Positions 57,518-64,000 of a stretch of DNA of 64,000 nucleotides are shown in pieces. The stretch's first letter is position 1. Every line of letters starts with the position of its first letter. This DNA is from a virus (lineage: Duplodnaviria; Caudoviricetes): the IMG/VR virus record IMGVR_UViG_3300028603_000018, positions 64,001 through 128,000 of that record, one strand, 5' to 3'. Below the pieces are notes generated by a model. The model ran no database searches. It was given only the letters and a program-made list of their open reading frames with translations, and was not told the DNA's origin. The position numbers and the translations under genes are program-made.

Positions 57518-59026
57518 GTGGAAGCGACGGTTGAGCAAACTAAACTACCTTATGATTTAGCTATCTGGACTGACGGAGGATGTCGTCCTAACCCAGGCCA
57601 TGGTGGTGTAGGAATTCATGGTTATTTTTACAAACAGAAAGAATCCAAGACAGGTAATGGTCATCCTACCCATATTCTAACTAATGAAGGGTATATTCTT
57701 AAAGCTGACTACAAACAAATTGAGAAGAGTAAATTTCGTTCAATTGCTGAAATTGAAGTAGTCTCTTATATTGATGTCGTTGCAGCAAATCCTAACAGCT
57801 CGAATAATCGAGCAGAGTTACTAGCTTTAACTATCGGATTAGAAAAAGCTGTTCAGTATGGTGTGTTGAGTCTAACATGTTATCTTGATTCTCAATACAC
57901 GATTGATAGATACAACAGCATCGAAAAAGGTAAAGCTAATAACTGGACATCTAACGGTGAGAAGGTTAAGAACTGGGACCTTTTAGAAAGACTCTACCAA
58001 GCTCACATTAAAGCTAAAGAGGCAGAATTCAAAGTCTCCATTAAAAAAGTGGCGGGTCATTCAGGTGAACCGGGTAATGAAGCTGCTGATCAACTAGCCT
58101 CTATTGGCGTGGCTTTAACTGCAAATGGAGAAGCTGCTTTTGAATGTGTAATATCAGACGCTAAAGGATATTGGAAATCTGATGTAGAACGTCATCCATT
58201 CCTGCAATCTCAGTGCTGTTATTTCCATACGAATCCTAATGATATTAAATCAGGAACTTATCTTCTTGGTAGTCATGGTAAAAAGAGTGAACTTCTTGGC
58301 ACTAGAATGACTGAAGGTAGTTATGCTATTGTTCAGATCGATGAGGGTGTTGATGTACTAGAATCAGTAAGAGATACAGCTGTTAACAAATCAGACTACT
58401 TTGGTAGACATTGTTTAATGTTTGCTAACTTAGATAAGATCTTCAATCCTAATGTCTTTAGTTTAATCACGACTTATAAAGATCGTGTTATGCTTCAAAA
58501 ACCAAAAGAGCAAGATCTTTATCTCTTATCAACAAGATCAGATAGAATGTTTGTTGAAGCACTAGAACCACCTCGACTAGCATGGCGAGCTATGGATGCG
58601 CTTAATTATCTAAACAGCATCTATCAGGATGTTGAGAGGAAATCTGGTAAAGTCGTCGTTACTGATATCACTCATTACTTCTACGAATCTATCGAAAAAG
58701 CAGGTAAAGGAAAAAATAGTGAACCTATTCTTCTTACTCAATTAAAGAAAGAGTTCGTAGTAGGATATAGAAATTTAGATGTTGATGCTCATTGTAAATA
58801 TGAAGATAATGAGTATAAATTAACAACACGCCTAATCTTAGGTGTAGATATGCCTAATAGGAACTCTCTAAAGCGCTTAGAGGGCCTTAATCCTACTATT
58901 GAGCTAGTTACCTGGCCTGAGTCAGAAACTAGCTTCAGATACGCTGTAATCATTCGAGTCGACGGTGCTAGAGGTATTTGGGCGGGTTATTATTCTAATT
59001 TCTTATTTGTTCCTAAAAAGAAATAA
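57518..59026 (+). CDS. rnhA: Ribonuclease HI with phage-specific C-terminal extension (phiKZ gp155-like)
   Basis: WTDGGCRPNPG, NNRAELLA, LDSQY, VKNWDL and VAGHSGEPGNEAADQLA. Confidence 0.9.
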   Translation: MEATVEQTKLPYDLAIWTDGGCRPNPGHGGVGIHGYFYKQKESKTGNGHPTHILTNEGYILKADYKQIEKSKFRSIAEIEVVSYIDVVAANPNSSNNRAELLALTIGLEKAVQYGVLSLTCYLDSQYTIDRYNSIEKGKANNWTSNGEKVKNWDLLERLYQAHIKAKEAEFKVSIKKVAGHSGEPGNEAADQLASIGVALTANGEAAFECVISDAKGYWKSDVERHPFLQSQCCYFHTNPNDIKSGTYLLGSHGKKSELLGTRMTEGSYAIVQIDEGVDVLESVRDTAVNKSDYFGRHCLMFANLDKIFNPNVFSLITTYKDRVMLQKPKEQDLYLLSTRSDRMFVEALEPPRLAWRAMDALNYLNSIYQDVERKSGKVVVTDITHYFYESIEKAGKGKNSEPILLTQLKKEFVVGYRNLDVDAHCKYEDNEYKLTTRLILGVDMPNRNSLKRLEGLNPTIELVTWPESETSFRYAVIIRVDGARGIWAGYYSNFLFVPKKK

Positions 59027-59124
59027 ATGCTTCTTTATAGAAAGGGTTGGTTAATGTTATGGTCACATGTAACAACTAAGTAGACTTTTTATTTTTTATT
59101 AACTCTTTCCAGTGTTCTTTCACT

Positions 59125-59553
59125 ATGAAAAAAAGCAATTTCTTAAAAGTCTGCCTGGGTAACGTGATTAAGTTCTTTGCTGGTATCATGTTACCTAATC
59201 GCATGAAGAGAATTGTCTTCGTTTCATCCCTAGCTTGTCAGATGAGTCCTGAGAAGAAGTTAAGTCCTGAAACCATTAATAAACTCAATCTACTTATGGA
59301 TCTCGTAGAAGATAGTAAGAGTTTAGAGTTGGGTTCGGACTTCTCTAATGCTATTTGGAAAAATCGTCAATGTCTTACTGTCTGTCAAAAAGTTGCTCAA
59401 GAAGAAGTCAGTGATGATCAGTCCGTTTCTTCTATAGTAGCTTCAATTAAGGAGTCAACAGCACATTGGTTGAAATACGGAGACGAGAAGTTAATGGAAC
59501 GGGATATTCAATTCCTAGTAGAAAACAAAGAAGTAATTGCTGGTCGCTTTTAA
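59125..59553 (+). CDS. Hypothetical protein
   Basis: 142-aa ORF followed by a terminator. Confidence 0.65.
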   Translation: MKKSNFLKVCLGNVIKFFAGIMLPNRMKRIVFVSSLACQMSPEKKLSPETINKLNLLMDLVEDSKSLELGSDFSNAIWKNRQCLTVCQKVAQEEVSDDQSVSSIVASIKESTAHWLKYGDEKLMERDIQFLVENKEVIAGRF

Positions 59554-59557
59554 AAAC

Positions 59558-59598
59558 GCATAAACTAGGGACTCCTTTTACAGAGTCCCTAGTTTTGC
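59558..59598 (+). terminator. Terminator (GCATAAA family)
   Basis: GCATAAACTAGGGACTC...GAGTCCCTAGTTTTGC. Confidence 0.75.
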
Positions 59599-59617
59599 CT
59601 TAAGTGTTAAACAACGT

Positions 59618-59640
59618 TATTTCGATGACATATCACTAAA
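59618..59640 (+). promoter_or_regulatory. Putative early promoter
   Basis: TATTTCGATGACATATCACTAAA (core CATATCAC at 59629-59636). Confidence 0.55.
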
Positions 59641-59795
59641 TGGATAGAGCTAACTTCTCTTTCATTCAGCTCAACAAGAGAGTTAAGTAGTATAAAAAAA
59701 TATTCACTTACTTCTTCTTGTGTAAGAGCTAAGCTTGCAAGCTTATTTTTAATTAGTGGTAAAAAATAAAGTATTTCTTAATAAGGAAAATTTAC

Positions 59796-60251
59796 ATGTC
59801 GTCGATCAAACCTGAAACCTTAGAACTCTCGAAAATCATTGATGAAGCTTCTACTATCTCTAAAGATGGTGCTGTTGAATACAATAGCGATCTGTATGAG
59901 AATCTACTCAAAGCCCGAGGTGTTGAACTCAAAGACGCTAAAGTGGTTAACTCTGCAAACGTTGAGATTGCAGTTGCTCTGGCTCACAGTGGTGGTAGCA
60001 AAGCTATTCCAGTTCTAGCAGGTAACAAAGACTTAGAGCGGGTTACAGGTAAACTAAATCAAGGTAATGCTGAGATTTGGTTTGATACCCGTCGTGAAGT
60101 TACGACTCGCAATCCTAAGACGGGTGAAACGGGTGTTTCTTATGGTGCGACCTCCATGGGTGTTAACCTGAAAGGTCTGAAAGGTGGACAAGCTGCTGCT
60201 GTTAAAGCAGAACTCAAAGAGCTGGCTGCTAAGAAGCTCGGTAAGAAGTAA
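59796..60251 (+). CDS. Putative DNA-binding protein with an HU/IHF-like beta-arm
   Basis: RREVTTRNPKTGE resembles the HU arm R.GRNP.TG; basic C-terminus; strong TAAGGA RBS. Confidence 0.55.
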   Translation: MSSIKPETLELSKIIDEASTISKDGAVEYNSDLYENLLKARGVELKDAKVVNSANVEIAVALAHSGGSKAIPVLAGNKDLERVTGKLNQGNAEIWFDTRREVTTRNPKTGETGVSYGATSMGVNLKGLKGGQAAAVKAELKELAAKKLGKK

Positions 60252-60278
60252 TTCTTATTACTGAAGTAAAGTAAATGT

Positions 60279-60328
60279 AAAGGAGGGAGAGCATTTGCTC
60301 TCCTTCTTATGCTGGTTATTTTTCTTTT
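60279..60328 (+). terminator. Terminator (TTATGCTG family)
   Basis: GGAGGGAGAGCA-TT-TGCTCTCCTTCT followed by TATGCTG and a T-rich tail. Confidence 0.65.
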
Positions 60329-60354
60329 GTTATTCTAGATAAAGGATTTAAGAC

Positions 60355-60612
60355 ATGCGTAATATATTTAATACTCTAGCAGTAATACTCTTTATAATTG
60401 CTATTATTTCAGCTGTTATAATTAATCTCACCACTCCCTCTTATAGCGTAAATCAAATTACACGAGCTGTAGGATATTGTGCTAATCAAGGTCTAAGTTA
60501 TCAACTAACTTCCACTTTCATTTTTCCAGGGAAGAAAACCATTACTTCAATCAATTGTATTGAACCTAATTCAATCACTCCTGTACCAGAGCACGTACTT
60601 GGAAAAAAATAA
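60355..60612 (+). CDS. Small membrane-anchored/secreted protein
   Basis: N-terminal TM helix, two Cys, AAGGA RBS. Confidence 0.65.
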   Translation: MRNIFNTLAVILFIIAIISAVIINLTTPSYSVNQITRAVGYCANQGLSYQLTSTFIFPGKKTITSINCIEPNSITPVPEHVLGKK

Positions 60613-60635
60613 ATGCAGTCAATAAGTAAAATCTA

Positions 60636-60675
60636 TAGCCCGAGTATTAACTCGGGCTAATATGCTATATTTTTT
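60636..60675 (+). terminator. Terminator
   Basis: TAGCCCGAGT-ATTA-ACTCGGGCTA followed by ATATGC and a T-tract. Confidence 0.7.
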
Positions 60676-60801
60676 CAATAACACATCATCTTTATATAGT
60701 TAACATTTATTGGCATAAAAAGTACTTTGAAAGTACTCTATAATAATTATCTCTTAAATATAACATATCTTCTTTATTCAATAGGTAGTCTTTTATGGTG
60801 A

Positions 60802-61131
60802 GTGGTTATGGGTATTTCTGATATTTTCCTAAATGACGAATTATGTTTTAAAGATAATGAAGATATGGAGAATCCATCTAATACTGAAGTTAGAGCTGAA
60901 CTTTTGAATGACAGTATGATGAAGCGTAGATTATTTCAACTAGGCTTTGGACTTAAGCATCGTATATTGGTAGAAGAGCATCATTTTCTTTTTCAAACAG
61001 AATTTATGATTATACCTAGTCATGCTGGTGAATCAATATTAGGTAAATCACACCTAATACGTACAGAAACCGTTGCAGCTAAGCACTTGCTATTGAATGA
61101 CGGGTGTGAAGTGGGAGGGAATTTCAGATAA
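60802..61131 (+). CDS. Hypothetical protein
   Basis: 109 aa; first gene of a tightly packed small-gene run. Confidence 0.55.
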   Translation: MVMGISDIFLNDELCFKDNEDMENPSNTEVRAELLNDSMMKRRLFQLGFGLKHRILVEEHHFLFQTEFMIIPSHAGESILGKSHLIRTETVAAKHLLLNDGCEVGGNFR

Positions 61132-61415
61132 TGCTTTGTATAGAAAGGGAAAACGAAAAGGATGTTTTTATCAAGTATCTCTGTTCAGATGCTAATATTC
61201 GTTTACAAAAAGAAAGAGTTTCTCAGAGAGAATTTAAACACCCTATCTCTGTGCTACACTATGAATTTTTTTCGCAGATAACGTTACCGAATTTCCTCAC
61301 CCTAGAACCTGAGTCTCCAATAAGAATATTTAGTCATGATCCTAGTAGCATAATTTATAAGAAAGGTCCTGTTGGGTTAAAGCATAGTTTATCGAACTTA
61401 TTTTATACGGATTAA
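61131..61415 (+). CDS. Hypothetical protein
   Basis: 94 aa; TAATG stop/start coupling. Confidence 0.6.
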   Translation: MLCIERENEKDVFIKYLCSDANIRLQKERVSQREFKHPISVLHYEFFSQITLPNFLTLEPESPIRIFSHDPSSIIYKKGPVGLKHSLSNLFYTD

Positions 61416-61419
61416 ATAA

Positions 61420-61794
61420 ATGGATTTAACAGACGTTTTTGATATACCTAATATTGATTCAGAAATCCTTCATTTACCAGAATCTGATAACAGTCATGAA
61501 TGTAGTAAAGAAGAACTTGAAGATTTAGATCTTGATGATACTGATGTAATTGTATCGAAAAAACATATGCGCCGCAATCCTTCTAAACCTCCTATAGCTA
61601 ATTATCTAGACGGCTCTTCTCTTTATATGCCTTCTATGGAAATAACAGATCTTACTTCTGCTTTTGAAAAAGATATGTATGTGGTCTATAAAGCTGAAAC
61701 AATGATTCTAGCTCAGACTAGAGACTTCCATATTCTTCAATATACATTTGAAGCGAGTGTCGAGAATAACTATTTAATTAAACTAATGGAGTAA
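61420..61794 (+). CDS. Acidic hypothetical protein
   Basis: 124 aa with a D/E-rich N-terminal half. Confidence 0.6.
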   Translation: MDLTDVFDIPNIDSEILHLPESDNSHECSKEELEDLDLDDTDVIVSKKHMRRNPSKPPIANYLDGSSLYMPSMEITDLTSAFEKDMYVVYKAETMILAQTRDFHILQYTFEASVENNYLIKLME

Positions 61795-61801
61795 ATACCT
61801 A

Positions 61802-62128
61802 ATGATCCATTTAGATAAGTGTTGGGAGATTAATCCTTGTAGCACTTTTGACTTTATGTCATCAAAGACGGAAGAACTCCATAACGGATTAATTAGACAA
61901 GTTAGATTTGACGAAGGTAATTATGACAACGAAGAAATGACAGAAAGTAACTATTTGAGTCATCGTAATCCCTTGAGTTTTTACTTAGATCATGCTGTGG
62001 TTGAAGATGATTATGTTATTAGTGAACAATTCAATAAAGACTACACCGTCTTCTTTGGTCATGGTGATACAGCTATAACTACTATCTTTATCCCAATAAT
62101 AACAGTTATGTTCTTAAGACATGAATAA
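61802..62128 (+). CDS. Acidic hypothetical protein
   Basis: 108 aa with GGAG RBS. Confidence 0.6.
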   Translation: MIHLDKCWEINPCSTFDFMSSKTEELHNGLIRQVRFDEGNYDNEEMTESNYLSHRNPLSFYLDHAVVEDDYVISEQFNKDYTVFFGHGDTAITTIFIPIITVMFLRHE

Positions 62129-62164
62129 CAAAAAATAACGCTTTTTATTAAAGAGGATATAGTA

Positions 62165-62467
62165 TTGCTAGACTACAAATTAAGAGATGATTTTATATTT
62201 CATACAGAGTCTTATTGGGATAAATTTGAAATCCATGATAAAGGTATTAATGAAATAGAATTCTTGTTAACACCTACTGATATTTTAAGTAAGAGATTAG
62301 AAGCTGATTGGGGAAGTATTCTCTACTCTGATGTACATGATTTTATCAGGGAGAAACTATCTGGTGAAGGGTTTGCTTATACTCTTACAGAAGTTACAGA
62401 CGGTTATACTTTTCTATCTTTGCTTATGATGGACTATAATACCAGCCTAATGAATAATCTAGACTAA
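62165..62467 (+). CDS. Acidic hypothetical protein (TTG start)
   Basis: 100 aa with GAGGA RBS. Confidence 0.6.
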   Translation: MLDYKLRDDFIFHTESYWDKFEIHDKGINEIEFLLTPTDILSKRLEADWGSILYSDVHDFIREKLSGEGFAYTLTEVTDGYTFLSLLMMDYNTSLMNNLD

Positions 62468-62559
62468 GGAGTAAAAAAAGAAGATATGTCTTTTACTTCA
62501 GTATTAGGTATACAAAATAATTAAAAACGCATCTCACTAATAGTCTGTATTCTAATGGA

Positions 62560-62582
62560 TATTAAAAACATATCACTAACTG
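62560..62582 (+). promoter_or_regulatory. Putative early promoter
   Basis: AAACATATCACTAACTG (core CATATCAC at 62569-62576) upstream of the AAA gene. Confidence 0.55.
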
Positions 62583-62643
62583 GTATAGTTTAGCAATATA
62601 CATTTAATCTCCCTTCATTTATCTCTATTAGGGCTAAAAATTA

Positions 62644-63924
62644 ATGTCTAACAACTTTAACGCTACTGCACCTAAAATTTTATATGACAAAATTGATCCT
62701 ATTGAATCTATCAATGAATCTAACAATCATTTTGATCCAAAAGAAGTAGCTGGTCTTACCGGATCTAGTTCTAATCAAGAAGTAAGTAGCAATGCTTTTG
62801 TTCCTACTAGCATCCGAGGATCTCGTGTGTCAGAAGCAGCCGTTAATAAAGATCTTACCCTACCTCAGTGGTTAGCTTCTATTTGTCCTTTTATTGATTT
62901 CGACTCAGCTCGCTTTTCTGAACTGTGTTGGGCTATCCGAGCTGATCATAATCTCTCTACTGTTACGCGTATCAAACATTTCAGCAGTAACACCACTGCT
63001 AATACAAATGAGATCTTCGATTTCCTTCGAGATAAGTATAAGATTCATTATGAATCTGATCATACCTTCCGTACTTTCCAGGAAGATCCTAAAGTAAAAG
63101 GTGTCTTAGGTCTTTACCTTATCGCTGGTAAAAGCAATGGTACGCCCATTATCATTGCTACAGGTGATAAGGAATTGGTTGATGAAGTCATCAACCCTAT
63201 CAGTGAGCGTTATAATGAGCCTTCCGTTATTACTATTGAAGAACTCAGTAACTTCTCTAAAGATGGTCCTATTACTTCCACTATTGAGATGGTTGAAGGA
63301 AAGGTCTCTAAAGTAGGCCATGATGCTTTCTATCCGTTCTTGAAGCTTAAAGACGATACCCCCTTCTCTATTAAAGAATTCGCTAAGCGTTATAAAGAGA
63401 GTTCTTCTAATATCCTGCTTCTCATTGGTGATGTCGGTCTTGGGAAGTCTGTTCTCTTGAAAGCACTAATGATGGAATTGGGCTTTAAGAAAAACGGTGT
63501 TGCTAATGGTAATAACACCACAATGAATCCTCAATTTATCGAATGGTTGAAGGATTTCAAGGACAATAGTATTGTCGTTATTGAAGACGCTCATGACCTT
63601 GTACTGAGTCGTGATGAAGGTAACGCGCAAATGTCTAACGTTTTGAACTATGCTGAAGGTATTACCTCTCGCAATAACAAACTCGTTATCTCCACGAACT
63701 TAACTGATACTTCTAAAGTGGATCGTGCTCTGCTTCGTGCAGGTCGTTGCTATGATGTATTGGAATTTCGTGAACTGCGCGGTGAAGAGATTAATGCGGC
63801 TCGTACCGCAATTGGTCTAGACGCTATTGAAGTAACTGAAGCTGCTCAGATGAGTTTGGCTAAAGCGCTTAACTTTGAAGAGACTACAGAACGTCATAAA
63901 CCTTCTGGTGGCGTGGGCTTCTAA
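62644..63924 (+). CDS. AAA+ ATPase
   Basis: Walker A GDVGLGKS, Walker B VVIEDAH, sensor-1 ISTN and SRH ALLRAGRCYD. Confidence 0.9.
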   Translation: MSNNFNATAPKILYDKIDPIESINESNNHFDPKEVAGLTGSSSNQEVSSNAFVPTSIRGSRVSEAAVNKDLTLPQWLASICPFIDFDSARFSELCWAIRADHNLSTVTRIKHFSSNTTANTNEIFDFLRDKYKIHYESDHTFRTFQEDPKVKGVLGLYLIAGKSNGTPIIIATGDKELVDEVINPISERYNEPSVITIEELSNFSKDGPITSTIEMVEGKVSKVGHDAFYPFLKLKDDTPFSIKEFAKRYKESSSNILLLIGDVGLGKSVLLKALMMELGFKKNGVANGNNTTMNPQFIEWLKDFKDNSIVVIEDAHDLVLSRDEGNAQMSNVLNYAEGITSRNNKLVISTNLTDTSKVDRALLRAGRCYDVLEFRELRGEEINAARTAIGLDAIEVTEAAQMSLAKALNFEETTERHKPSGGVGF

Positions 63925-63954
63925 TCTATAAAACAAAAAAAGGAAAGTAATTTC

Positions 63955-64000
63955 ATGTCTAAAGTAGTCTTTAGTAAATTGTACCGTAAGTTGTTAGCTG
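63955..64000 (+). CDS. 5' fragment of the next gene
   Basis: AAGGA RBS, then MSKVVFSKLYRKLLA, running off the window. Confidence 0.55.
   Translation, partial: MSKVVFSKLYRKLLA

Noticed and set aside
62486-62524. 12-aa ORF MSFTSVLGIQNN (and a similar 15-aa ORF at about 60613)
   Set aside because: Poor RBS spacing or runs into a terminator; possibly gene stumps but unsupported.
62894-63321. Two short ORFs within the AAA gene
   Set aside because: Shadow frames with no RBS or motif.
1-64000. tRNA/rRNA genes, IS elements, integrase; host identity
   Set aside because: No cloverleaf, rRNA or transposase signature seen by eye (tRNAscan-SE would be decisive). The host cannot be named beyond likely Gram-negative.

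Overview
A 64-kb, AT-rich segment of a phiKZ-like (Chimalliviridae-type) jumbo phage. Family assignments come from recognised motifs and gene order only; no database search was run. The window holds virion and morphogenesis genes: a probable portal (5' part), baseplate/tail proteins, a 2236-aa tape-measure with a lytic transglycosylase domain, the prohead protease and two repeat-built tail fibres. It also encodes three split virion RNA polymerase subunits, recombination/repair genes (RuvC-like, SbcC, UvsX, RNase H), a spanin pair and several early-type accessory genes. Main observations beyond the ORF track: (1) two ORF-less group I introns split the vRNAP beta' gene (directly after the catalytic DYDGD) and the beta gene, with exon junctions reconstructable to the base; (2) five dispersed genes share an N-terminal M-S-[KR]-[DE]-[LFI]-L-[IV] tag fused to different Gly-rich, Kelch-like or fibre-like bodies, and two of them are frameshifted, one by an extra copy of a 7-nt tandem repeat, which suggests a modular and possibly phase-variable adhesin set; (3) a conserved early-promoter motif reveals an unannotated 39-aa membrane microprotein cassette and an ATG-AAA-TAA minigene; (4) a recurrent GCATAAA...TTTATGC hairpin family; (5) degenerate DUF5675-like and NADAR-like domains and an HU-arm DNA-binding protein.
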